From assembly GCF_000223395.1 (NCBI RefSeq), contig NC_015931.1, positions 1,620,001 through 1,652,000 of the forward strand: DNA of 32,000 nucleotides, read 5' to 3'. Positions within the stretch are counted from its first letter, which is position 1. Every line of letters starts with the position of its first letter. This stretch comes from Pyrolobus fumarii 1A (GTDB lineage Archaea > Thermoproteota > Thermoprotei_A > Sulfolobales > Pyrodictiaceae). The notes under the pieces are model-generated. The model did no database searches. It worked only from the letters and a program-made list of their open reading frames with translations, and was not told the DNA's origin. The position numbers and the translations under genes are program-made. Of the stretch, positions 8,865 to 17,248 are shown one piece after another.

Positions 8865-9044
8865 GAGCGACACATCTAACAACTACTAGGGAGTAGAGTA
8901 CCTGGCGGCTCTGCGGCAACCCTTGGGGGTGAGGAGTGCTAACGCAACCGAGAGTATGAGGAGGCCCTCGATCTCCGACCCTCCCTTTGAGGTTTCACGC
9001 TTATAGCTGGGGTACCCCCTAGGGCTCGTGAGGGTGGCCAAAGA

Positions 9045-9320
9045 ATGGCCAAGAGGACGAAGGTTGTGGGCATAGCCGGTAGATTCGGGCCACGTTATGG
9101 ATCCACGCTCAGGAAGCGCTGGAAGGAGGTAATGGAGAGGAGGTATGACGCTCAGAAGAACATGCCATGCCCATTCTGCGGCACTAAGGGCCACATCAAG
9201 AGGATTAGCGTTGGTCTATGGAAGTGTGAGAAGTGTGGTGTAACCTGGGCGGGTGGCGCTTACGTCCCAAGAACGGGGCTCAACAAGTTCTTCCCAAAGA
9301 TAGTAACCCGCGAGGAGTAA
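9045..9320 (+). CDS. rpl37ae: 50S ribosomal protein L37Ae (eL43)
   Basis: 91 aa. MAKRTKVVGIAGRFGPRYGSTLRKR plus the zinc ribbon CPFC...CEKC match eL43. It holds the conserved position after rrp42. Confidence 0.95.
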   Translation: MAKRTKVVGIAGRFGPRYGSTLRKRWKEVMERRYDAQKNMPCPFCGTKGHIKRISVGLWKCEKCGVTWAGGAYVPRTGLNKFFPKIVTREE

Positions 9321-9471
9321 CGCAACACGCCTCAACACACATGTGGTACACTGATTATTTTCAGTCGCTTGGGTATACGGCCGTTCTTGCGCATTCTACA
9401 CCCGCCCTTGATTACCTAAGGTGATACCAAGATAGAGAAAACGAAGAACACTCGCCCCTACTGGCCGTTGC

Positions 9472-10276
9472 TCACCAGCCTATGTGGCTTATGTTTGACA
9501 TTAACATGTATGCTGCCACTATGAGCAGTAATGACGCGAACACTATCTTTAGTGTTCTGCCTGGAGCTTTAGCGGCTAGGTTAGAGCCTATAATTCCGCC
9601 GATAGCCCCGCCAGCGGCAAACAATGCGGTTACATGTAGGTCTAGTGGTCTACCTTGTATGCTGTAGCTCAACAGCCCCGCAACACCATTGATAAATATT
9701 ATGAAGAGCGATGTTCCAATGGCTTTGTGCATGTCAAGTCTGGCGCCACAAAGGAGAGCCGGGACAATTAGGAACCCGCCGCCGGCACCAAGAATCCAGA
9801 GGCAGTTCCCGCCATGAACCCAAGCAAGAGTATTCGTTTATAATCGATTCTTGTCTTAGTTGGATAGTGTTGTGAAGGACGTACTCCTGTGTTGCTCGTA
9901 TGCGTGCTGCCATCTCTTCGCATTAACATTCTTACGGCAATCACTATGAGGAGTGCTGAAAACATCACTAGAAGCATTGGACCGTTCACGAACTTGTTCA
10001 TATAACTACCAAGGTAGACTCCAATTAGCGATGTGCTAGCCATTACCAAACCTATCCTAAACGATATGTGGCCTGAACGTACGTAGCGGACCAAGCTTGT
10101 AAGGGATATCAGCCCGATGGCTACCAGAGATGTTCCTATAGCATGATGCGGCTTAGCCCTACAATGTAGACTAAGAGTGGTGCACCGAGTGCTGAGCCGC
10201 CGCCACCAGTCAGTCCCAGTGCGAACCCAGCGATAATTCCTGCAACAAGAGCGAATAACGCTGTATCCAACCACAT
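9472..10276 (-). pseudogene. TauE/SafE (TSUP, DUF81) family permease disrupted by two frameshifts
   Basis: Three collinear pieces lie in three frames. ATG 10276 gives MWLDTALFALVAGIIAGFALGLTGGGGSALGAPLLVYIVGLS, then a stop at 10136. The track ORF 10274-9768 carries ..PHHAIGTSLVAIG... and ends ..AGTASGFLVPAAGS*. The third frame continues GAGGGFLIVPALLCGARLDMHKAIGTSL.. (track ORF 9732-9472). Both family repeats (G.GGG....P.L......A.GTS) are only restored by frame changes near 10150 and 9790. Confidence 0.75.
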
Positions 10277-10497
10277 CACCCTGAAATGACTGACATGTTT
10301 GCCGAGCCGTGGAGAAAGAAGATATTAAAATCTAGTCCAGATTGGCGGGCAGTCAGTACTGGTATACCCTCACCCAAGCTAAGCTAATTGAAGCGATGCG
10401 GATAAAAATGATAGTCTAGAGGGGTTAGTAGCTAGTGCGGTGTTCAAGTCTGGTAAAATATAGTTGTTTAGGGGTGTATGTTGGGAGTTTAGGATGT

Positions 10498-12012
10498 TTA
10501 GAATAGTGTTCTTTGTCTGCCGGATCCGCTGCTCTTCTTGCTTGTGCGTCTTCTTGATGTGGATGATCTGCGGGTGGTTGTGGTTCTCGTTGTTGTTCTT
10601 GTAGACTTTGATGTGGTTGGTAGTGTTTTTGCTGTTGCGGTTGTTCTTGATGCTTGTGTAGCGGTTGCAGCCTCTGTGGCCGTTGCCGGTTTCTCCATCC
10701 TCATGAGTAGTAGCCTCATGTGCTCGAGAACCTCGCTGGCGGCTGGCCCAGCGAGGTACTTTACCATCCTCTCGGTGAGGTTATAGCCTATTGCAAGTCT
10801 CGCGGCGTATCTCGGGTTGTACCTGAAGATTATCTGGAGGAACGGTAGTATTTCCGACCTAAACCTTCTCTTGGAGACGCTTAGGCGTGGGGCTAGGTGC
10901 GCGGCTATAGCTTCGCGCAGCTCCCTTTGCTCCTTGGTCTGTGCCATTAGCTTGATCTTCTCTGGGTATTGGAACTTGTAGCGGAACTTCCATCTACTCT
11001 TACGTCTCGCCATTGCGACGCCTGGACCGGCCATGTCAAAGACGTAGCTTAGGAGGCTCCAATCGATAGTCTTTCGTATCCTCCCGAGGTACTGGTCAGC
11101 GCGGGCAAGTGCCTCGTGTGCTCTCCACACGTCCTCCGGATCATCGTAGGCCACCGGGATGTTCTCATTTATCCACTGGAGTATTGTCTCGTAGTCTAGG
11201 TTTGCGTGGGTAACCGCTCTCTTAGCCTGCCAGGCGTACTTCGACTTGAAGAGATGGTCTAGCATCTCGTAGGGGTTGTACTCGCGGTCTCTGCTGGTGG
11301 CCAACGCTTGCACTAGCTGTACGGTAACCTCGCCGTAGCCCTCCGCAATACCCTGCAGGTCGTTGATGGCAGAGCGTAGGTCACCCTCGGCCCTCTTGGC
11401 GAGGAGTTCCAGCGCTTCCGGCTCGCAGTGTATACCTTCAAGCTTACATATCCTCGAGAGAACCTCAACAACGTAACGATCCTGGAGCCTATAGAATGGT
11501 ACCATGAGTGATGCGTCGCGCAGAGGCTTCAGCTTCTGGTCCCACGGGTCATTCGCGGTCATCACGATAGGGTGTTTAGCCACCTCTATCAGGTGTAGGA
11601 CAGCGTCAAGCCCGCCCTTATCGGCTGTACCGGATATACCATCAACCTCGTCAAGGAGGATTATCTTCTTGCGTCCAAAGAGGCTCATCTGGGTAGCAGC
11701 AACTCTAGCGACCCTCTCGATATCCTCCTTTCGGCGGAAATCAGAAGCGTTCATCTCGACAAGCTCGAGGTTATACTCGTGGGCAGCGGCCTCCACTAGG
11801 CTGGTCTTGCCGCAGCCAGCTGGCCCGTAGAATAGAACCGCCTTCTTCTCCGGCGGCTTGCCGGAAAGCCACTGCTTGAGCCACGGCACGAACAGCCTCT
11901 TAGCCTGCTCCTGGTCAACAACGTGCATTATGCAGCCGGGCTTAGGGTCTATACACTTAGGTCGATACTTGATCACCCAGGGTAGGTGCTCTCCAGGCAC
12001 GGTGGGAAGCAC
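10498..12012 (-). CDS. rfcL: Replication factor C large subunit
   Basis: 504 aa with [10 protein letters not shown], Walker [13 protein letters not shown] and Walker [10 protein letters not shown] long T/S/R-rich C-terminal tail ends in QRTLF (PIP-like). Confidence 0.9.
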   Translation of the reverse strand: MLPTVPGEHLPWVIKYRPKCIDPKPGCIMHVVDQEQAKRLFVPWLKQWLSGKPPEKKAVLFYGPAGCGKTSLVEAAAHEYNLELVEMNASDFRRKEDIERVARVAATQMSLFGRKKIILLDEVDGISGTADKGGLDAVLHLIEVAKHPIVMTANDPWDQKLKPLRDASLMVPFYRLQDRYVVEVLSRICKLEGIHCEPEALELLAKRAEGDLRSAINDLQGIAEGYGEVTVQLVQALATSRDREYNPYEMLDHLFKSKYAWQAKRAVTHANLDYETILQWINENIPVAYDDPEDVWRAHEALARADQYLGRIRKTIDWSLLSYVFDMAGPGVAMARRKSRWKFRYKFQYPEKIKLMAQTKEQRELREAIAAHLAPRLSVSKRRFRSEILPFLQIIFRYNPRYAARLAIGYNLTERMVKYLAGPAASEVLEHMRLLLMRMEKPATATEAATATQASRTTATAKTLPTTSKSTRTTTRTTTTRRSSTSRRRTSKKSSGSGRQRTLF

Positions 12013-12232
12013 CCTCTAGCCTATACCGTGAGTAGGGCGAGCTAAGCCCTTAAACGCCTCACGAGGCAGACTAGGATACCAACCGGAACACGATGGTGCT
12101 ATAGAGGCGGTGTGCCCTAAGGCGCTTTAGAGTATGCCGTTTTGCAACACTGTAGAAAGAGAATGGTAGGGGCGTGTAAACAACTGTACAATATTGCCTA
12201 ACTTTGATCTAGAGGTTGTGGTTTGTCTCTCC

Positions 12233-13216
12233 TCACTTACCCTTCAGCTTCCGTCCAAGCATTGCTAGCCATGCTAGGAACGCGTTGAGCTGTATCTCGT
12301 CGTCGGCGCCCTCCACTAACCTGAACTGTATCTCGCCGGCATAATCGGCTATAAGGACGCGGACCTCGTCGGGTAGTTTCAGCTCGGGTCCGAACACCTC
12401 CTTGTGAATCTGCTTGATGACGTCTGTCCCGCTGAGACCATAGTTTATCATGAGCTCGCGTAGCTTCTTCCTGGCATCGGTGAACCTACCGTCAAGAGCC
12501 AGTTTGATGATCTCGCGTATCTCCTTGGGGTGGGCGAGGCCGACAACCTTGTACACGGCCTCTACAGTCACCTTGCCGAGCGCGGCAGCAGCCTGGAGAA
12601 TGTTGATGGCCCTTCTCATGTCACCCTCGCTTATCTCATAGATGGTCTCTAGGGCCTCCTCGTCATACTGGCATCCCTCCTGCTCGCATATCCACTTGAG
12701 CCTAGCAACTACATCCTCCTTCTTCAACGGGGTGAACCTGAATATCGCGCACCTGGACTGTATCGGCTCGATTATCTTGCTTGGATAGTTCGCGATGAGT
12801 ATGAAGCGGGTCGAGGCGGTGTACATCTCCATGAGACGCCTTAGTGCTTGCTGTGCATCAGCGGTCATGTTGTCGGCCTCGTCTAGCAGCACTATCTTGA
12901 ATGGGATGCCTGGGGGTGTCCTGCTCCTCGCGAACTCCTTTACCTTGGTCCTAATGGTCTCGATACCTCTCTCGTCGCTAGCGTTCAGCTCCAACATGTA
13001 CTGCCGGTAGTTCTCTCCGAACAAGTCGTGTGCCAGTGCATGAGCTGCAGTGGTCTTACCGGTGCCCGGCGGCCCGACGAACAAGAGGTGCGGCATGTTC
13101 TTCTCTTCGACGAACTTCTTCAACCTCCTAACTATCTCCTCCTGGTTCACAATCTCGTCGAGTGTCTTAGGTCGATACTTCTCGGCCCACAGCAGCTCTG
13201 CAAGCTCGCTAGCCAA
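12233..13216 (-). CDS. rfcS: Replication factor C small subunit (no intein)
   Basis: 327 aa with a TTG start. Motifs seen: LWAEKYRPKTLDEIV, GPPGTGKTT, VLLDEADNMT and QSRCAIFRF (SRC motif). Confidence 0.95.
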   Translation of the reverse strand: MASELAELLWAEKYRPKTLDEIVNQEEIVRRLKKFVEEKNMPHLLFVGPPGTGKTTAAHALAHDLFGENYRQYMLELNASDERGIETIRTKVKEFARSRTPPGIPFKIVLLDEADNMTADAQQALRRLMEMYTASTRFILIANYPSKIIEPIQSRCAIFRFTPLKKEDVVARLKWICEQEGCQYDEEALETIYEISEGDMRRAINILQAAAALGKVTVEAVYKVVGLAHPKEIREIIKLALDGRFTDARKKLRELMINYGLSGTDVIKQIHKEVFGPELKLPDEVRVLIADYAGEIQFRLVEGADDEIQLNAFLAWLAMLGRKLKGK

Positions 13217-13294
13217 GAGCCAGCCCCTAGAGGGTATTCAACGGCATCAACCAGTTATAAGCGGAAGGAGGCGGTCGTGAAGCCTCTAACAACC

Positions 13295-13708
13295 TCAACC
13301 AGTTATGTTCAGCTTCCTAGTCAAGAGGCCTACAGCGGTGAGAGTGTCTCTCCATGCGGCTGTAGTGACGCTCATGGCGTGATCTATGTGTGCGTCTTCA
13401 CAGCCCTTCTCAGCCACGAGCCTCACCTCTACAGAGGCTCTGGCTAGCTCTCTTGCAGCCTCGTCAAGATCACCGTACCTCATAGTGAAGAACCATAGTG
13501 CGGGGTCACTAGCCCGCAGAGCCTCGCCCTCATTCCTGACCCTGCGGGCTAGACCGCCAAGCAGGCTATACAGCTGGGCTAGGCTCTCGAAGCCAGGGTA
13601 GATGCCGCGGCTGCATGAGGCTAGAGCGGCTCGCCCTCTGCGAAGCACATACTCTCTCCACTTGAGCGTATAGAGGTACTCGAGGAGTATCCTCTGTAGT
13701 CTATCCAT
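13295..13708 (-). CDS. Hypothetical protein (137 aa, helical)
   Basis: This long ORF is co-oriented with and directly upstream of rfcS. I recognise no motif. An antisense ORF in the track is shorter. Confidence 0.5.
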   Translation of the reverse strand: MDRLQRILLEYLYTLKWREYVLRRGRAALASCSRGIYPGFESLAQLYSLLGGLARRVRNEGEALRASDPALWFFTMRYGDLDEAARELARASVEVRLVAEKGCEDAHIDHAMSVTTAAWRDTLTAVGLLTRKLNITG

Positions 13709-13826
13709 GTGCCTCGGCCTCTGCAGGGTGGGATAGGCGTGTAACCTAGGTTAATCGGGTTACCGGCGTATTAAATGTGAGTGCTACCCTGCTTGGCCTA
13801 CAGTGGCTTATTCAGCGTTTTAACCC

Positions 13827-14621
13827 ATGTTGATGATGCCCAGTATGGTGACGATTCTGCGGGACTTCGTTATAGGCCTCATGCAGGCTCCGGCTGGCGA
13901 TGTTGAGAGCCTCTCTAGGCTATGGAAAGGCGTTGGTAGTGCTGGGCTCGTGGTGCTGCCAGAGTATTCTAACGCTGTGCCAGGCGAAGATGGAGGCGTG
14001 GAAGCGGCTGAATGGCTGAGTGTGCTCTCGTCGCTTGCCCGAGAGAGGGGTGTTCACATACTAGCTGGTGTGCTCGAGGAGAATGGCAATTGTCGCTATA
14101 GTAGCGTTGTGCACGTGAAGCCTGATGGCTCGTGGAGCGTGGTGCATAGGAAATACATGTTGTTCCGTGCGCTTGGCGTCGACGAGTCCAGGCACCTGTG
14201 TCGCGGTAGGAACCCGCCTCCCGTGCTAGACCTCGGGTTCGCAAGAATAGGGGTAATCGTGTGTTACGAGATGCGTTTCCCCGAGTTGGTCCGAAACCTA
14301 GCGCTAAGAGGAGCCGAGATTATCGTGGTGCCTAGTGCGTGGTACCCAGGGCCTCTCAAGGAGGATCACTTTGTCACGCTAGCTAGGTGTAGAGCTCTGG
14401 ATAACACGGTGTACGTCGCGGCTGTTAACCAGCCTGCCCCGAGGTTCACCGGTCGGAGCCTCTTAGTCACTCCGTGGGGTGTGACACGTGTACAACTAGG
14501 AACGGGCCCCGAGTATATCGAGGTGCGAGTGGAGGGGAGCGTGCTCCGCGAGGCTAGAGAACGGCTACCGGTTCTGCGTGACGCTCTCGAGCTAGCAGAT
14601 TCTACGACGCGTAGGGTGTGA
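13827..14621 (+). CDS. Carbon-nitrogen hydrolase (nitrilase superfamily) protein
   Basis: The catalytic E-K-C triad context is present: VVLPEY, HRKYMLF and VIVCYEMRFPE. A TATA-like GTTTTAAC at 13817-13824 suggests a leaderless start at ATG 13845 rather than 13827. Confidence 0.85.
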   Translation: MLMMPSMVTILRDFVIGLMQAPAGDVESLSRLWKGVGSAGLVVLPEYSNAVPGEDGGVEAAEWLSVLSSLARERGVHILAGVLEENGNCRYSSVVHVKPDGSWSVVHRKYMLFRALGVDESRHLCRGRNPPPVLDLGFARIGVIVCYEMRFPELVRNLALRGAEIIVVPSAWYPGPLKEDHFVTLARCRALDNTVYVAAVNQPAPRFTGRSLLVTPWGVTRVQLGTGPEYIEVRVEGSVLREARERLPVLRDALELADSTTRRV

Positions 14622-14631
14622 GGCTACATAG

Positions 14632-15204
14632 TTACCTCTTGCACGCCTCCAGGAAGTTCTGGAACAGCTTGTGTCCATGCTGCGTGTGCTGCACCTCCGG
14701 GTGGAACTGTACGCCGTACAACGGTAATCGCTCGTGAACCACCGCTTGCACTGGACATGTTTGACTCCGGGCTATCACTCTGAACCCCTCTGGCACAACC
14801 TTGACCTCATCGTTGTGACTCTCCCAGACGAAGAATCTCCTTGGTAGCCCGCGGAAGAGGAGATCCTCGTCAAGCACCTCTATCTCGACACCGCCAAACT
14901 CGGGGTGCTCTGCTGGCCCCACTCTCCCACCATGAGCGTGTATCATCAGGTGTAGCGAGAGACAGATGCCGAGCGTGGGCCTGGGCGGCTCGCGAAGCAA
15001 GTCTAGAACCTGTGCCAGCTTCTCCGCATCCTGGGGTATACGGAAGGGCCCCCCGCCATACACTACACAGTCATACTCCTCTAGCTTCTCGCGCGTGACC
15101 ATAGTGTAGTCTAGCATGTCAGCCTCTGCGCCAACCTCAGTAAGCCTCCTCTTGATAAGGTGGTTGTACTGCCCGCGGAGAGAAACAACAAGAACCCTGG
15201 GCAT
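14632..15204 (-). CDS. guaAA: GMP synthase subunit A (glutamine amidotransferase)
   Basis: 190 aa class I GATase with GICLSLH (nucleophile Cys) and VQFHPEV (His/Glu). It is adjacent to the ATP-pyrophosphatase subunit. Confidence 0.9.
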   Translation of the reverse strand: MPRVLVVSLRGQYNHLIKRRLTEVGAEADMLDYTMVTREKLEEYDCVVYGGGPFRIPQDAEKLAQVLDLLREPPRPTLGICLSLHLMIHAHGGRVGPAEHPEFGGVEIEVLDEDLLFRGLPRRFFVWESHNDEVKVVPEGFRVIARSQTCPVQAVVHERLPLYGVQFHPEVQHTQHGHKLFQNFLEACKR

Positions 15205-15218
15205 TGTGCTACACCCGG

Positions 15219-16376
15219 CTACTCATACTCGATGGTAGCAGGAGGCTTTGGCGTCACGTCATAGACTATCTCGGCTACATTCCTTATACCAGAGAGCCCC
15301 TCCACTATGACCTCTAGAGTCTCGCGGTCAGGCAGCGCAACATCGGCGGTCATGAAGTCCTCTGTCTGCACAGCTCTTATTGCAACAACGTACTTGCCTC
15401 CGCCTCCGCTCCACAACCTAGCAACTAGCCTCACCGCGTCACGGTCGAGACTAGTCAGCTTGGCCCAGAGGAACTTCTCGAGAGCCGATCTAGGATCTAC
15501 GTCTGCCACGTAGACCAGCCCGTAGGCCCTAGCGTCACCCTTAACGCCGGTGGCCCTAGCCGCGTAAGCCTCCATCCTGATACCGTCGATCTCGAGCGTC
15601 TTACCTGGGTGCCTCTCAGACTCCCAGACGGCAACCAGGTACTGGGAGGGCCTCCACCCGAGGTACTCTACAAGACCCGTGAACATCTTGTCAGCTACGC
15701 GCAGCACCGAGAGCTTCTCGGGGCTGCAAGCTCCTACACACCTTACGAGGAGGCCAGGCCCCGGGAAAGGCTGTCTCTCGACAATCTCCCGGGGCACGCC
15801 AAGCTTTCTTGCAACCATCCTAACCTGGTCCTTGTAGAGCTCACGGAGGGGCTCAACAACCTCGAAGCCATACCTTGAGACCGGATCCAGGCCCACATCG
15901 CGAAGCACGTTGTGCTGTGTCTTGATGCCGCCCGTGGTCTCGATGACGTCCGGGGCTATGGTGCCCTGCACTAGCTTCCTGCATCCAACTTTCTCCGCAA
16001 ACTCAGAAAGCACCCGATAGAAGACCTCTCTGAACCTCTTCCTCTTCTCTTCGGCATCCGGGACGCCCATAACAGCCTCGTAGAAGCGGCTCCTCTCCTT
16101 CAGGACCGTGAGGTTCGGTAGCACGCTCCTAAGCAGCTTTGGAACATGGACATCCTCCCCTAGTCTCATGAAACCCGTGTCGATGAACACCGGGTGTAGC
16201 TTCTCGCCTAACGCACGATACGCGAGTACAGCGGCGGTGGTGCTGTCAACGCCCCCAGAGACAGCTACCACTGCACAATCGTCGCCGACAGCCTCGCGTA
16301 TGTACCTAGTCGACTTTTCGATGAAACCATCCACGTCGAACAAGGAGCCTCTCTCCGTGGTGGGCGGTCCCGACAC
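15219..16376 (-). CDS. guaAB: GMP synthase subunit B (ATP pyrophosphatase)
   Basis: It has the PP-loop VVAVSGGVDSTTAA and PFPGPGLLVR. The likely true start is TTG 16343, giving MFDVDGFIEK (the usual family N-terminus), because the TATA boxes at 16379-16399 are too close to GTG 16376. Confidence 0.9.
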   Translation of the reverse strand: MSGPPTTERGSLFDVDGFIEKSTRYIREAVGDDCAVVAVSGGVDSTTAAVLAYRALGEKLHPVFIDTGFMRLGEDVHVPKLLRSVLPNLTVLKERSRFYEAVMGVPDAEEKRKRFREVFYRVLSEFAEKVGCRKLVQGTIAPDVIETTGGIKTQHNVLRDVGLDPVSRYGFEVVEPLRELYKDQVRMVARKLGVPREIVERQPFPGPGLLVRCVGACSPEKLSVLRVADKMFTGLVEYLGWRPSQYLVAVWESERHPGKTLEIDGIRMEAYAARATGVKGDARAYGLVYVADVDPRSALEKFLWAKLTSLDRDAVRLVARLWSGGGGKYVVAIRAVQTEDFMTADVALPDRETLEVIVEGLSGIRNVAEIVYDVTPKPPATIEYE

Positions 16377-16378
16377 AC

Positions 16379-16441
16379 CCTATAAGCACTCCTATAAGCG
16401 TTGAACGTCAGTGATGAACGTGTGATAGAGCCTTACTTATA
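16379..16441. promoter_or_regulatory. Divergent promoter region with three (C/T)TATAAGC boxes
   Basis: CCTATAAGC occurs at 16379-16387 and 16391-16399, and CTTATAAGC at 16433-16441. The first two face guaAB on the minus strand. The third lies about 25 nt upstream of a TSS that would serve ATG 16478. Confidence 0.45.
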
Positions 16442-16450
16442 AGCTAAGGT

Positions 16451-16774
16451 ATGCGTGTACTACACGCGGATGGGTGTATGAGCGGAGAGGCCAGCATAGA
16501 GACCGTAATTGCGATGCTGAGGAGGATTAGGGCCCTCCTGTCGACAGCCAGGGTTACTGTCCAGGTTGCGCACGAGATCATACTGGTGGAGAGTGTCGCG
16601 AAGAACCTAGGGGTTTACGACGAGGTGGCAGACGAGATTGAAGAGTTGAAGCGCATCTACCTAGCCCTCTACTACGGCGAGAGCCTCGCTGGTCAAGTTG
16701 AGCATGAGCAAAGGTTTCAACGGTTGAGGAGAGCCGCCAGGCGGGTGTATAGGCTTGGACGTCTCGGGGCGTGA
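16451..16774 (+). CDS. Hypothetical small helical protein
   Basis: 107-aa ORF. A start at ATG 16478 (MSGEASIE...) is more likely given the TATA at 16433-16441 and GGATGGGTG just upstream. I recognise no family. Confidence 0.5.
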   Translation: MRVLHADGCMSGEASIETVIAMLRRIRALLSTARVTVQVAHEIILVESVAKNLGVYDEVADEIEELKRIYLALYYGESLAGQVEHEQRFQRLRRAARRVYRLGRLGA

Positions 16775-17192
16775 GATAGCAGAGTATCTACGAGAACTCA
16801 TGCGAGAGTTTAGGCGCAACCCGCTCATAAACGCCTCTAACGTGTTCTACGCGGGTATGGTCATAGCGGTGCTCGGGATGATAAAGGACTCGCCATACCT
16901 CAAGATAATAGGTGATATTCTCAGCGACTCGACCGACAAGATACGCAACTTGATAGTAGCCAAGTACAGTGTGTTGGGGACTCTTGGCGAGTTCCAAGCG
17001 GCTTACACTAAGCTCGCGGAGGCGACCGTCGAGGAGATATATCGTCTCGTGAACGTGGTAGCCGATATCATCGAGGAGGGTGACGCAAGAGACGCGAGGC
17101 TCGCTGACGTGCTCAACAAGCTCTACGACCTATTGGTGGTGAAACTGCCAGTGATGGGCGTAAGTGTGACCATAGAGGCTCCCGAAGAGTAG
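16755..17192 (+). CDS. Hypothetical protein with one hydrophobic segment
   Basis: 145-aa ORF with a TTG start that overlaps the previous ORF by 20 nt. NVFYAGMVIAVLGMI may be a TM or amphipathic segment. I recognise no family. Confidence 0.5.
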   Translation: MDVSGREIAEYLRELMREFRRNPLINASNVFYAGMVIAVLGMIKDSPYLKIIGDILSDSTDKIRNLIVAKYSVLGTLGEFQAAYTKLAEATVEEIYRLVNVVADIIEEGDARDARLADVLNKLYDLLVVKLPVMGVSVTIEAPEE

Positions 17193-17248
17193 CCAACCCA
17201 AGCAACTACTAAACTGGCTGATCATCGGCTTAACACGGCGGGCTAATA

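Noticed and set aside
8886-9194. 102-aa minus-strand ORF in the rrp42-rpl37ae spacer.
   Set aside because: Half of it is antisense to the highly conserved rpl37ae. The composition is not protein-like.
12233-13216. Possible intein in the RFC small subunit, as occurs in some archaea.
   Set aside because: The ORF is 327 aa with contiguous Walker A/B and SRC motifs, so there is no insertion.
16471-16484. An identical 14-mer TGGGTGTATGAGCG occurs at the starts of two unrelated ORFs (16471-16484 and 29331-29344), both giving SD-like GGGTG + ATG AGC G.
   Set aside because: For ~5e8 position pairs in 32 kb against 4^14 = 2.7e8 sequences, about 2 chance matches per strand orientation are expected. 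It is probably coincidence plus a shared SD/start context.
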